Positions 18,550-29,418 of a DNA stretch of 64,000 nt are shown piece by piece. This stretch comes from Nitrosopumilus sp. (GTDB lineage Archaea; Thermoproteota; Nitrososphaeria; Nitrososphaerales; Nitrosopumilaceae): NCBI GenBank assembly GCA_965197525.1, contig OZ240211.1, positions 1,408,001 to 1,472,000 on the forward strand, written 5' to 3'. Made by a program: the position numbers and the translations under genes. Every line of letters begins with the position of its first letter. The first letter of the stretch is position 1. A model generated the notes under the pieces. It did not search any database, had not been told where the DNA came from, and saw only the letters and a program-made list of their open reading frames with translations.

Positions 18550-21207
18550 ATGGGGATAATGGATAATCAAATAGAAAGCGCAATTAATAGGATCCGTAAA
18601 CGAAGCGGTGTTGTAACTGCTTTTAATAAGGATAAAATTTCAAATGCCATATTTCAGGCATTGTCTGCCACGTCTAAAGCCGATCGTGGTATTGCTGACC
18701 AACTTGCAAATGCTGTAATGAGCAAATTACATGAGCAAGGGTTTACAGATTCTAGAACGCCGACTGTTGAAGATATCCAAGATATTGTAGAATCAACTTT
18801 AATTGATAGTGGAAATAGTGATATTGCAAAAGCGTACATTGTCTATAGACACGAGAGACGGAAATTACGAGAGCAAAAAATGAATATACTAAATCTCAAA
18901 TCCCTTGATCCCGTATCAAAGAAATTTGATCTGAACTGTCTCCGAGTTTTGGCTTCAAGATACCTGTTCCGAAACGGAAAGAGTGAGATCATTGAATCCC
19001 CAACTGAGATGTTTGAGAGAGTTGCAGTACTAGTAGGAATAGGCGATCTCTTATATGACTCTGAGATCTTTGATAAATCCGGGAACTATAAACAAGACAT
19101 TGATGAAGCAAAATCATATCTTGAGAAATTAGATGCCTTTGATTATAAATTCAAGATAAAGGACTACTTTCTCAACAAATGGCATTTTAGATCTCTTATC
19201 AATCACTATGTGGCCTTGGCCGAACAAGGTCATATGAAGATAAGTTTTAAAAATGTCTTGACGTTACTTGCAGCAAAACAACTAGATATCTATGCAGATA
19301 AAATAACTGAATATTCTGAACTGATGACTACGCAAGACTTTCTACCAAATTCACCAACAATGATGAATGCCGGTGGAAGATTGGGTCAACTATCTGCATG
19401 TTTTGTGCTTGGAATGGACGATGGAATGGAACAAATCATGAAATCAACCTCTGATGCCGCATTAATCTTCAAATCCGGTGGTGGGGTTGGAATTAACTAT
19501 TCTAATCTTCGCGAAGAAGGCGATATTGTCGCATCAACCTCTGGTGTTGCATCAGGACCTGTGTCATTTATGAATATTATCAATACAGTAACTGAGGTTG
19601 TCAAACAAGGTGGTAAAAGACGTGGTGCAAACATGGGTATTATTGAGGCCTGGCATCCTGATGTTGAGAAATTTATTACAAACAAGACAGAACCCGGAAT
19701 TCTAGAGAATTTTAATATAAGCGTAGGTATATGGGAAGACTTTTGGAACGCACTTGTTAATACCGATAATGGTAACTATGTACTACGCAGTCCACGCAGC
19801 AGAAAACCAGTTAAAGAGATCAATGCACATCAATTAATTGATCTGATAGCATTGTCTGCATGGAAGAGTGCAGAACCAGGTCTGATCTTTTTTGATCAAA
19901 TAAACAAATACAATATATTTGCAAAAGCTAGGCAAGCACCACTCCGAGCAACTAATCCTTGTGGAGAGCAAAGTCTATACCCATACGAGTCATGCAACTT
20001 GGGTTCCATTAATTTGGCGAACCTCGTAAAACGCCAAGCAGACGGAACATATGAATTTGATTGGCAACGATACGAGGAGATAATTAGAAAAGCAACACGA
20101 TTCCTTGACAACATCATTGATGTCAATACATACCCAGTACCAGAAATTAACAGAGCATCAAAAGAATCAAGACGAATAGGATTGGGTGTTATGGGCGTTG
20201 CCGATCTTCTATACACACTGAGAATTCCATACAATTCTGAAGAAGGATATGAGCTGCAATCCAAATTAGCAGAAGCATTGACATACTATTCCATGGAAGA
20301 AAGCGTTGCTTTATCAAAATCTCGCGGTAAATTCCCATTGTGTTCCCTGACTGAATTTAACGATGGTAAGATTCCAATTGCTGGATATTATGAAAAACCA
20401 AAAGAATCCCACTGTTATGAATGGGTTCCATTGATTACCAAAATCAAAAAATATGGTATTAGAAATGTGTTGACTACCACTGTTGCACCTACTGGAACCC
20501 TGTCGATGATTGCGGACTGTTCCAATGGAATGGAACCTGCTTTTGCTTTAGTATTTGAGAAGAGAGTGACGGTTGGAAAGTTCTTTTACACAAACAAAAT
20601 TTTGGAAAAAGCATTGAAAGATGAAGGTCTGTATACAGATGATCTATTAGCAAAGATAGCAGACAATTATGGTTCATTGCGAGGTTTAGATGAAATACCC
20701 CAGTGGATGCAGGATGTATTTGTTACAGCCATGGATATTCATTGGGCTGATCATCTGATGGCTCAAGCAGTATGGCAAGATTGGATTGGTAATGCTATTG
20801 CAAAGACGATCAATATGCCATATGATGTAACTGCTGATGATGTAAAATCTGCATACCTGCTCGCACACGAGTTAGGACTAAAAGGAATGACTGTATATCG
20901 TGACGGTTCAAGACACACTCAAGTATTACACATGACCAGTGAGAATGCAGCAAAGACATTTACAGTTTCCCCAAGCAAGTATATGACTGCATATGTTTCT
21001 TCACACATCACAAATCCCTACATCAAATCTCAAGTCGATACCTCACTTGCATTGAAGACCCATGATGTAGATATTCCTCCTGACTCCTCAAAGGATGAAA
21101 ACATTTCAGATGATCGTCTGTGCCCTACATGTAAAAATGCTCTAGTCTTTGTAGAGGGATGCAGTATTTGTATTGAATGTGGGTACAGCGGTTGCGCGTC
21201 AGGATAA
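18550..21207 (+). CDS. nrdJ: Class II (adenosylcobalamin-dependent) ribonucleotide reductase with N-terminal ATP-cone
   Basis: PNSPTMMN, LSACFV, GGGVG, TNPCGEQ, CNLGSINL, VAPTGT, C-terminal Cys pairs. Confidence 0.95.
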   Translation: MGIMDNQIESAINRIRKRSGVVTAFNKDKISNAIFQALSATSKADRGIADQLANAVMSKLHEQGFTDSRTPTVEDIQDIVESTLIDSGNSDIAKAYIVYRHERRKLREQKMNILNLKSLDPVSKKFDLNCLRVLASRYLFRNGKSEIIESPTEMFERVAVLVGIGDLLYDSEIFDKSGNYKQDIDEAKSYLEKLDAFDYKFKIKDYFLNKWHFRSLINHYVALAEQGHMKISFKNVLTLLAAKQLDIYADKITEYSELMTTQDFLPNSPTMMNAGGRLGQLSACFVLGMDDGMEQIMKSTSDAALIFKSGGGVGINYSNLREEGDIVASTSGVASGPVSFMNIINTVTEVVKQGGKRRGANMGIIEAWHPDVEKFITNKTEPGILENFNISVGIWEDFWNALVNTDNGNYVLRSPRSRKPVKEINAHQLIDLIALSAWKSAEPGLIFFDQINKYNIFAKARQAPLRATNPCGEQSLYPYESCNLGSINLANLVKRQADGTYEFDWQRYEEIIRKATRFLDNIIDVNTYPVPEINRASKESRRIGLGVMGVADLLYTLRIPYNSEEGYELQSKLAEALTYYSMEESVALSKSRGKFPLCSLTEFNDGKIPIAGYYEKPKESHCYEWVPLITKIKKYGIRNVLTTTVAPTGTLSMIADCSNGMEPAFALVFEKRVTVGKFFYTNKILEKALKDEGLYTDDLLAKIADNYGSLRGLDEIPQWMQDVFVTAMDIHWADHLMAQAVWQDWIGNAIAKTINMPYDVTADDVKSAYLLAHELGLKGMTVYRDGSRHTQVLHMTSENAAKTFTVSPSKYMTAYVSSHITNPYIKSQVDTSLALKTHDVDIPPDSSKDENISDDRLCPTCKNALVFVEGCSICIECGYSGCASG

Positions 21208-21526
21208 ACAATTCCACCTTCTCTCATATATGATCGATTAGTGGTTTCTGTACGATAGTATGTCCATTGAAAGTTATGTGTAATACAGTATGAAAAATAA
21301 TACTTTATCTCCCATCAGATTTGTCCAATTAACTCGTAAAAATGTAAAGATGCTAGCTTTCATCAGTACTGATCTCCATGCCCGATATATTTGTCAGGTA
21401 CGTATCAAATGATCTTGGTTTTCTGGTGTTACAAGTATTGGTTGGTTGTTATATTGAATATAGTCGTATTTTTTACTTTGTATCAAATAAAAAGAATAAA
21501 TTACTATGTACAAACACTCAACTATT

Positions 21527-22681
21527 ATGGACAAGAAGATTTTAGGAATAGCATCATCTGCTAGCGCTGCTGTAATTGTTATTATTGTTATTATTTTTGC
21601 TACAGCTACGTTACCACCATCACCTGACTCTGTGGACGTTACCCAAAAAATTAATGAGAAGATCGGTCTTGTAATTAATTCACCTACACAAACAGTCTCA
21701 CTACAACAAATTGATTCTATTTATTCTGATGCCTCATTGACTGGTATAGGCAGAAGTAATGTGTATGTATTTTGGAATATCATTGAGCCACAGCGTGGAG
21801 AATATGATTGGGGCCAATATGATGTTTTAATGGGGTTAAGTGAGAAAAATAATCTCAAAGTTACGCTCTTCTTTTCGATAATTAATGGTGAGACATTAGG
21901 GCCTTTCCCAGATTGGATTGGAAATCCTTCTCTTAATGCAATTGGTCAAGACAGACTTGTAAATACGCTTGACGCCATTCTTTCACGGTATCATATAATA
22001 GACTCTGTAATTCTTGCAGGTGAGACAGAATCCCAATTTCGTTACTCTGAACAAAATATTCCAGTATACAACGAGTTATTTACCGATGTTTATGCAGAAC
22101 TAAAAGATAGACATCCGGATGTGAAATTTGGTAACTCGTTTGCTTTGCATCATGTATTGAATAAAAATTTAGAGCATATTGTTGATGATCTAGTAATTGG
22201 TGATTTTGTTGCATTCTCTTACTCTCCAGTTGATAATCTCAATGACATTGTAAAGACACCTCAAGATGCTGTCAATGATCTAAGTCAAGTCTTTGAGCTA
22301 GTACCAAACAAACCAATAGGATTGTTTGAGATTAGTTGGAGCACCTCTGACTTTGTAGGTGGAAATTCTACTTCTCAACATCAATTTATGGAGAACTTGT
22401 TTGATTTTTATTTAGCAAACGAATCAAACATTGAATTCATGACGTGGTACCGATATTATGACAAATTTGAGGGAACCTGTGTTGTAGAAGAGCAAACAAT
22501 TGGTACCAAAAATATTACTGTTGGAGGAGGCTCAATACTTGGTACCAGTGAGCATATTATCGAACGACTAAACCATTACAATTGTAATGCTGGTTTAGTT
22601 GATATTAATGGAGATCCAAAATCTGGACTCGTTGAATTTAACAATCAAATTGATATATTGACGATGATGATGACGAATTAG
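21527..22681 (+). CDS. Membrane-anchored clan GH-A-like (beta/alpha)8 glycoside hydrolase, putative
   Basis: N-terminal TM; VFWNIIEPQRGEYDW; candidate Glu residues in ILAGET and GLFEISW. Confidence 0.55.
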   Translation: MDKKILGIASSASAAVIVIIVIIFATATLPPSPDSVDVTQKINEKIGLVINSPTQTVSLQQIDSIYSDASLTGIGRSNVYVFWNIIEPQRGEYDWGQYDVLMGLSEKNNLKVTLFFSIINGETLGPFPDWIGNPSLNAIGQDRLVNTLDAILSRYHIIDSVILAGETESQFRYSEQNIPVYNELFTDVYAELKDRHPDVKFGNSFALHHVLNKNLEHIVDDLVIGDFVAFSYSPVDNLNDIVKTPQDAVNDLSQVFELVPNKPIGLFEISWSTSDFVGGNSTSQHQFMENLFDFYLANESNIEFMTWYRYYDKFEGTCVVEEQTIGTKNITVGGGSILGTSEHIIERLNHYNCNAGLVDINGDPKSGLVEFNNQIDILTMMMTN

Positions 22682-22682
22682 A

Positions 22683-23372
22683 ATGATCTCTTTTGTTTTG
22701 GCAGAATCCTCGTTGGAACTTGTCCCATTTGAATTACAGCATCATACATCAGTTGTATCACATGCCAGACGACGCAAAAAACATCCATCAGAGATTTTAC
22801 TTGATAACTCTTGGCATTTTGCAGCTATGAAAAAAATCAAAGATGAGCTAAAGAGAGGAAGACCTGACATCGTGCATTTTTCTATTCTTGAGGCCACAGC
22901 TATTCCTTTATACCTTCAAAACAAAATGAAATTCTTTGTTCATACAACAGATGATAAAGTGATATCCTTTGGCAAAAACGTTCGTCTTCCCAAGTCTTAT
23001 CACAGATTTGCAAATTTGATTGAAAAATTATATCAAGAAAAACAGATTATGGCCAATCGTAGTACTAATCATGACGATCCAAATATGCTACTTGAGATTA
23101 AAGAACAGACATTTACAGAGCTTGTAGATGAGATTAATCCCTCTAAAATAATCGGTCTCTCTACTCAGGGTCGCAGCAGTACATATGAGAAGATTGCAGC
23201 CGAGATCTCCGATAATATGTGTATCGTGCTAGGGGGATTTCAAAAAGGTCACTTTTCTGATTCAGTTACGCACCAACTTGACGATCTTTATTCAATAGGT
23301 ACAGAATCCTTCGAATCGCATGTTGTAGTAGCGCGCATTCTGTACGAGTATGAAAAAACCATTTTTATGTAG
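22683..23372 (+). CDS. nep1: rRNA small-subunit pseudouridine methyltransferase Nep1/EMG1
   Basis: LLDNSWH, RGRPDIVH, RLPKSYHRF, GGFQKGHF. Confidence 0.92.
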   Translation: MISFVLAESSLELVPFELQHHTSVVSHARRRKKHPSEILLDNSWHFAAMKKIKDELKRGRPDIVHFSILEATAIPLYLQNKMKFFVHTTDDKVISFGKNVRLPKSYHRFANLIEKLYQEKQIMANRSTNHDDPNMLLEIKEQTFTELVDEINPSKIIGLSTQGRSSTYEKIAAEISDNMCIVLGGFQKGHFSDSVTHQLDDLYSIGTESFESHVVVARILYEYEKTIFM

Positions 23373-23394
23373 GCTGTAAAATTTGCATTTTATT

Positions 23395-23468
23395 GCAGTC
23401 ATAGTATAGCCTGGTTAGTATTCGGGGTTTCCAACCCTGTGACGCGGGTCCGAATCCCGCTGACTGCA
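23395..23468 (+). tRNA. tRNA-Gly (TCC)
   Basis: Acceptor stem GCAGTCA/TGACTGC; anticodon arm CGGGG-TTTCCAA-CCCTG; T-arm GCGGG-TCCGAAT-CCCGC. Confidence 0.92.
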
Positions 23469-23512
23469 TTTTTTAGTAACCAATTTTTAGGTACAATTTT
23501 ACATATTATTAC

Positions 23513-23821
23513 ATGAAACCAGCAGTTAGGCAGATTGCAGTAGAGAGAATGCAGATTTTAATTGACAGTGCTATCAAACATGCAAACACCGATCCTGATC
23601 TATCTGAGCGTTATGCATTTCTTGCTCGTAGAATTAGTACAAGATATAAAATTCAAATGCCTTTTAACTTTCGAATGCTTTTCTGTAAAAAATGCAAATC
23701 CTTTATTGCTCCAGGAATTAATTCTAGAATTCGTCTAGGACGCACATCTGTAAAATCAATTCGAGTATCTTGTAATTTATGCGGACACACTTATCGTAAA
23801 ATCATACACAAAAAACCATAA
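23513..23821 (+). CDS. rnp4: RNase P protein subunit Rpp21/Rpr2
   Basis: IAVERMQIL, FCKKCKSFI, CNLCGH. Confidence 0.9.
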   Translation: MKPAVRQIAVERMQILIDSAIKHANTDPDLSERYAFLARRISTRYKIQMPFNFRMLFCKKCKSFIAPGINSRIRLGRTSVKSIRVSCNLCGHTYRKIIHKKP

Positions 23822-24562
23822 TAACTCGTACATATCTGAAATTTTTATTCTAACAAATCTCAGTGTCTGTTTGGTCTAATCATTAACCCATTCAAACATG
23901 TTTCTTTGTTTTCTTGTATAATGTAAACTAGACAGTTTTATTATACCGATTTGGCAATATTATATTGATCACTTTTTAAAAATATATTTCTAGTTTGGCA
24001 TGTTAATCTGTTGTCATATTTTTAATCTGAGAAATATTTTAACAAAGCTAACACATATTTTAAGAATGATTTACAATTAATTTCAAATTATTTGTTAAAT
24101 GTGTATTTTAATAAACAAAAATATCACATTTAAAACAAAAGACAGATTAAACCAAGAAGGAAGACCACTATCAATTCACAAATATTTCATATACGGTTCC
24201 AGATGTTATGTTATCTTATCTTATATACAGCATACTGGCACCATCTCTACCGTTCTTTTATCTGGCATGAAAAATTTCGATAACCTGTGATCTCATTCAT
24301 AAAACTATCACAATCTATTCAACATTTTTCTTACATTACAAGTTAAGAACAAATCTCAAAACTATTAAATTCATGTTTAACGTACAGATACTATGGGATT
24401 TTTACAAAACATGGGCAAATACTGTATTCTAAAGAAGGTTCGCGATAGAGCTGATGAACCTGAAGAAAAATAATCTACTATCTTGATATTTTTTACCTAA
24501 AGATTTGTTTTCAATTATTCTATCTCTATGATTTATAAGACGATTCTCAGTTTTTTGATCCT

Positions 24563-25015
24563 ATGGCAAAAGTATATGATGTACCGGCAGATGAATTGAT
24601 ACAAAGATTAGCAGCTGCTCTGAGGACTGAAGATATTCCTGCCCCTTCTTGGATACCATTTGTCAAAACAGGAACCCATGCAGATAAACCTCCTCAAAAT
24701 AGAGATTGGTGGCATACAAGATGCGCTTCAATCCTGAGAAAAATTTACCTTAACGGTCCAATTGGAATTAACGCTTTAAGAAATGACTATGGTGGTGGCA
24801 AACCATCAGGATATGGAGCTGCTCATCATAAAGATGCTGGTGGTGCAATCATTCGTAATGCTATTCAAGGATTAGAGAAACTCGGCTATGTGGAGCAAGT
24901 TGAGAGAAAAGGACGTATTATATCAAAACACGGGATGCAAAAACTTGATAGACTATCTACAGAGATTCTTAAAGAACTGATTGTTGAAAATCCTCAACTG
25001 AAAGTATACTCTTAG
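24563..25015 (+). CDS. rps19e: 30S ribosomal protein S19e
   Basis: VYDVPAD, WWHTRCASILRKIY, GAIIRNAIQGLEKLG. Confidence 0.97.
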   Translation: MAKVYDVPADELIQRLAAALRTEDIPAPSWIPFVKTGTHADKPPQNRDWWHTRCASILRKIYLNGPIGINALRNDYGGGKPSGYGAAHHKDAGGAIIRNAIQGLEKLGYVEQVERKGRIISKHGMQKLDRLSTEILKELIVENPQLKVYS

Positions 25016-25022
25016 ATTAAAA

Positions 25023-25304
25023 ATGAGCCTTCCAGAATCCAACGATCCACCCAACGATAACACAAATCATCAACTAGCTGCCCAAAAAGAGCAGATTCTA
25101 AAACAAGTTCTTACATCTGAGGCTAGAATGAGACTGAACAATATCAAAATGGTAAAACCCGAACTATCTGATATGGTTGAGCAGTATCTGATTGGAATGG
25201 CAAGCCAAGGACAGATTCGTGGACAAATTAATGATGAGCAACTAAAGCAAATATTACTCTCTACCCAGCAACCAAAACGCGATTTTAAGATAAACAGAAT
25301 CTAA
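25023..25304 (+). CDS. PDCD5-like dsDNA-binding protein
   Basis: ILKQVLTSEARMRLNNIKMVKPE; usual position after S19e. Confidence 0.9.
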   Translation: MSLPESNDPPNDNTNHQLAAQKEQILKQVLTSEARMRLNNIKMVKPELSDMVEQYLIGMASQGQIRGQINDEQLKQILLSTQQPKRDFKINRI

Positions 25305-25426
25305 CTATTATTACGGTATCTAAAAACTTGTAGCTTCTGTCCAGTTCTGACTCCACTAATATCAAATAATAATTCGACAGACGTTCCGATGAAAAATATA
25401 ATTATGGGTATAAAATCACCTAATAC

Positions 25427-26506
25427 ATGAAAGCCGTTGTATACCACGAATATGCACCAGATGATAATTTTGCTAAAATCCTCAAAGTTCAGGATATAGA
25501 TTCACCAGAACCAAAAGCAGACGAGGTAGTCTTTAAAGTAAAGGTTTCTGCCTTGAACTATAACGATATTTGGGGAATGCGAGGCCAGCCTGTCGCTGTT
25601 CCGCTGCCACATGTATCAGGTTCTGATGCAGCAGGAGACGTAATTGCCGTAGGCGAGGACGTCAAAAATATCAAAGTTGGAGATAGAGTAGTATCTCACT
25701 CTAATATGGCATGCCGTGTTTGTAAAGCCTGTACTGACGGCAGAGAATTTGATTGTATTAATAGAACTATTTGGGGATTTCAGACCGGCCCAACATGGGG
25801 TGCATTTTCTGAAATAACTCATTTACCTGAAGTTAATGTTGCAAAGATCCCAGAGGGTGTATCATATGAGGATGCAGCTGCTGCATCAATGACTATCTTA
25901 ACAGCTTGGCATATGTTGGTTGGAAGAGCCAAAATTATACCTGGTCAAACCGTTCTGATTATGGGTGGCGGTTCTGGTGTAGGTAGTTTCGGAATTCAGA
26001 TTGCAAAATTATACAACTGTGATGTTATTGCAACTGCAAGTCCTGACAAATTAGACAAATGTCTTGAACTAGGAGCTGATTTTGCAGTAGATCACAGAAA
26101 AGATGATTGGCATAAAGAGGTTAGAGCAATTACCAAGGGAATAGCAAAGAAGAAAGGGGAGATACCTGGAATCGATGTCTCTTTTGATCACATTGGTCAA
26201 ACACATTGGAACAAACAACTTACCTTACTCAAATACGGTGCAACTCTAGTCTCATGTGGTGCAACGACCGGATATGATGCACATACTGACCTTAGACATA
26301 TCTTCTTTAAAGGAACTAATATCTTAGGCTCAACACAAGGAACAAAAGCTGAGTTAGAACAAGGACTCTATTGGATGGGTCAAGGCAAGATCAAATCTGC
26401 AGTAGATTCAACTTATAGCTTTGAACAAGCAGCAGAAGCTCACACCAAGATGTTAACTGGAAAGGGTCTCTTTGGCAAAATCTTGTTAAAGCCTGAGAAC
26501 GCTTAA
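25427..26506 (+). CDS. Zinc-binding MDR alcohol dehydrogenase/enoyl-CoA reductase family protein
   Basis: GSDAAG, CRVCKAC..C, GGGSGVG. A role in the 3HP/4HB cycle is possible but not shown. Confidence 0.88.
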   Translation: MKAVVYHEYAPDDNFAKILKVQDIDSPEPKADEVVFKVKVSALNYNDIWGMRGQPVAVPLPHVSGSDAAGDVIAVGEDVKNIKVGDRVVSHSNMACRVCKACTDGREFDCINRTIWGFQTGPTWGAFSEITHLPEVNVAKIPEGVSYEDAAAASMTILTAWHMLVGRAKIIPGQTVLIMGGGSGVGSFGIQIAKLYNCDVIATASPDKLDKCLELGADFAVDHRKDDWHKEVRAITKGIAKKKGEIPGIDVSFDHIGQTHWNKQLTLLKYGATLVSCGATTGYDAHTDLRHIFFKGTNILGSTQGTKAELEQGLYWMGQGKIKSAVDSTYSFEQAAEAHTKMLTGKGLFGKILLKPENA

Positions 26507-26513
26507 TATTTTA

Positions 26514-27368
26514 ATGACGCAACAACTCTTTCGAAGCCTACTTTTTGTTCCAGGTAATAATCCTAGATTTATTGAGAAGTCAAAAAACATCCAAGCAGAC
26601 ATCATTTGCTTTGATCTTGAAGATTCAGTTCCTGATGCAGAGAAGGTTAATGCGCGCAAACTAATCAAATCTGCATTAAAATCTAGACAGTCGTATACCT
26701 CGTCCATTTTTGTACGTACTAACTCTCCTGCTTCAGGAGAAATTTCATCAGATCTTAAAGCCGTACTTCAAAAAGGCATTGATGGTATTGTTATTCCTAA
26801 AGTGAACAATACTGATGATTTAAAACATATTGAAAAAATTATGTCAAGATTAGAGACTAGACGTGAATTAAAACCAACTCAAATCATTCCATCCATCGAG
26901 TCAGCAACAGGTGTCGTCAACGCATTTGCAATTGCATCATTTGGAATACGTGTGGTTGCTTTAGTCTTTGGTGTCTTTGATCTATTAAATGATTTAGGAA
27001 TAGAATACACTAAAGATTCAGATGGGGCAAAATACTCTAGAAGAAAAATATCAGTTGATGCGCATGCTGCCGGCGTACCAATAATAGATGCAATCTGGCA
27101 AGATCTAAAAGATTCTAAAGGATTCAAAAAAGACTGTAAATCTGGTAAACGTCTTGGATATTCTGGTAAAAGCATCATCCATCCTGATCAAATCCCTGTT
27201 GTTCATAAATTATTTCATCCAAACAAAGGTGAAATCTTATGGGCACAAAAAGTGTGTAAAACCTATCTTGAATCAATTAAAAAAGGACGAGGTGCTACTA
27301 CAATTGATGGAAAGATGATAGACGAGGCCCACTACAAGCAAGCAAAAGCTATTTTAGAGATTCAGTAA
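26514..27368 (+). CDS. CitE-like CoA ester lyase (HpcH/HpaI family)
   Basis: RSLLFVPG, DLEDSV, VRTN, GKSIIHPDQI, GKMID. Confidence 0.88.
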   Translation: MTQQLFRSLLFVPGNNPRFIEKSKNIQADIICFDLEDSVPDAEKVNARKLIKSALKSRQSYTSSIFVRTNSPASGEISSDLKAVLQKGIDGIVIPKVNNTDDLKHIEKIMSRLETRRELKPTQIIPSIESATGVVNAFAIASFGIRVVALVFGVFDLLNDLGIEYTKDSDGAKYSRRKISVDAHAAGVPIIDAIWQDLKDSKGFKKDCKSGKRLGYSGKSIIHPDQIPVVHKLFHPNKGEILWAQKVCKTYLESIKKGRGATTIDGKMIDEAHYKQAKAILEIQ

Positions 27369-27426
27369 TAATGCATTCTAATTAGAATTTATTAAATATA
27401 AACAGTTTCAACTAAACTCTAGTAAG

Positions 27427-28131
27427 ATGGTTGATCTACTTGATCCTTCAGGCGTAATTACTAGGATGTTCAATGCCAGAAAATATGATGAAATGTATGT
27501 TTACTGTAAACAATTACTAGAAAAAATTCCAAATGACATGCTTGCACTGCAAAATATTGCTCTGGCTCTAATCTATCTAAAAAAGTATGATGAGGCTATT
27601 CTTTACTGTGACCAAGTTTTAAAAATCAGCGATTCTGATGTATATGCGCTTAAAAATAAGATTTATGCCCTTGAGAATTTAAAACAATACACCCAAGTTT
27701 TAGAATTATGTAAAAAAATCCTTGCAACCAATTCAAAAGATGTTTGGGCTCTGAACAGTATGGGGTTATCTCTCAACGAGTTAAACAGACATAAAGAAGC
27801 CCTTGAATGCTATGACACATCCCTTTTAATTGATCCAGATGATGTGACCGCATTGATGAACAAGGCTATCTCACTTGATCATCTTGGTAACTACAAAGAT
27901 TCCATTGATTATTATGATAAAGCACAAATAATTGATTCTACTCTAAAAGAGATACCACTTGCTAAATCCCGATTGTTTGAAAAATTAAAGATGAGTGATG
28001 ATGCATTCTTAGCTGCACAAGGTGTTTTAAACAAAGACATGCAACAAATCAAAGATAACGCAAAAAATAACAAATGTTCCGTGTTTCATCAGTTCTGTGA
28101 TGATGAATTTCAGAAATCAAAAGACCGATGA
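27427..28131 (+). CDS. TPR-repeat protein
   Basis: Repeated 34-aa A..N.G..L..L..Y.EA...YD pattern. Confidence 0.85.
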   Translation: MVDLLDPSGVITRMFNARKYDEMYVYCKQLLEKIPNDMLALQNIALALIYLKKYDEAILYCDQVLKISDSDVYALKNKIYALENLKQYTQVLELCKKILATNSKDVWALNSMGLSLNELNRHKEALECYDTSLLIDPDDVTALMNKAISLDHLGNYKDSIDYYDKAQIIDSTLKEIPLAKSRLFEKLKMSDDAFLAAQGVLNKDMQQIKDNAKNNKCSVFHQFCDDEFQKSKDR

Positions 28132-28172
28132 TTTTTAATTAGTATAAATGCGTATATCTTTTATTTTATACG

Positions 28173-28344
28173 TTAGCTAGTTTGAACGTGTTGTTGATGT
28201 TTACATTGACATTCTGTATCCTTAAAATTTAGTGCAACAGATACTATATTTCATCCATCTAGCAAATAGTGGTTTGTTTCTGACTCTGATTCTGTTGTTA
28301 TTTCTCTAACAACGTACTAGCTTCTTTTCTATCTCTTGACTCAT
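28173..28344 (-). pseudogene. Possible decayed small coiled-coil gene
   Basis: MSQEIEKKLV, then a frame with several stops (LEK*QQNQSQKQTTIC*MDEI*YLLH*ILRIQNVNVKHQQHVQTS*); weak. Confidence 0.3.
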
Positions 28345-28393
28345 CTATCACCTATCTGAAGAATTTTTATAGATAAAATTCATAGTTGATTTA

Positions 28394-28987
28394 ATGTTTA
28401 CTGGAATTATTGAGGGAACTGGAAAGATAGAAAAAATTTCTACAAATACAAAAAATAAAAGCGCAGTTCAAATGACCATAAATTTAGGCAAACAAGCACA
28501 GGGATTGAAGATTGGACAGAGTGTTGCTATAAATGGAACCTGTCTTACTGCAACAAAACTCTCTAAACCTAACTGTACCTTTGAAATGATTGACGAGACA
28601 GTAAAGAAGACCGATCTTGGAAATTTACAAGCTGGTGATATTGTAAACATTGAACGAAGTTTAAAAGTTGGCCAACGCCTAGAAGGACACTTTGTTTTAG
28701 GTCACGTTGATGGAGTGGCAACAATTAAGAAGATTTTAGAGAAGCCAAAAGAAGTTCAGGTTTGGTTTCAAGTTCCTAAAGCGCTATCCCAGTATATGGT
28801 AAAAAAAGGCTCTATAGCACTAGACGGAATTAGTCTCACTCTAGTTGATGTTAAAGGTACACTTGCATCAGTCTCATTAATTCCTCATACAATTAACGTA
28901 ACAAACTTTCATACCAAAAAAGTAGGGGATAAAGTCAATATTGAGACTGATATTCTTGGGAAATATATCTCACAAAAACAAACATGA
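28394..28987 (+). CDS. ribE: Riboflavin synthase, alpha-chain (bacterial/eukaryotic) type
   Basis: MFTGIIE N-terminus, SVAINGTCLT, GHFVLGHVDG, VNIETDILGKY. Confidence 0.95.
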   Translation: MFTGIIEGTGKIEKISTNTKNKSAVQMTINLGKQAQGLKIGQSVAINGTCLTATKLSKPNCTFEMIDETVKKTDLGNLQAGDIVNIERSLKVGQRLEGHFVLGHVDGVATIKKILEKPKEVQVWFQVPKALSQYMVKKGSIALDGISLTLVDVKGTLASVSLIPHTINVTNFHTKKVGDKVNIETDILGKYISQKQT

Positions 28988-29038
28988 TTTACTCGTATTA
29001 GATAATTTATTTCATATTCCTGTGACTACATACTTTGA

Positions 29039-29270
29039 GTAACCGTTCACGTCATTTAGGAGTTTAAATCATGAAAATTGGTTTGGTGTATTCTCATATG
29101 TCAAAAACTTGATGTAGATTACTTTGGTTTGTTATCAAATTTTTGTAATTAATCCTGCTATGTTAATTTTTTAGAAAACAAATATGATAATTAAAGTCAA
29201 TAATTCAGGTGACAATCAAAATGACCAAGAACATAGATCCTAGAAGAGAGATTGCAGAATTAAAGAATAT
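29039..29270 (+). mobile_element. Orphan IS66-type left-end remnant
   Basis: Starts GTAACCGTTCACGTCATTTAGG; ~230 bp homologous to 62991-63215, including the ORF start MTKNIDPRREIAELK. Confidence 0.6.
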
Positions 29271-29418
29271 CTCAAGGATGAAAAACCAATGTAATACATT
29301 TGTCAGATAATCTGATTTTGGCAGTGCAATACACTAATTTTCCATCCTTTATACATACGTCATTTTTTAAAATAATAAAATCTCGTATACTTATATAGTT
29401 TCATACCAAACCAACGTT

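Noticed and set aside
18550-21207. Intein in the RNR
   Set aside because: Length and motif spacing are normal, with no splice-junction or endonuclease motifs.
24393-24473. 26-aa ORF MGFLQNMGKYCILKKVRDRADEPEEK
   Set aside because: Too short and no recognisable motif; cannot be supported without conservation data.
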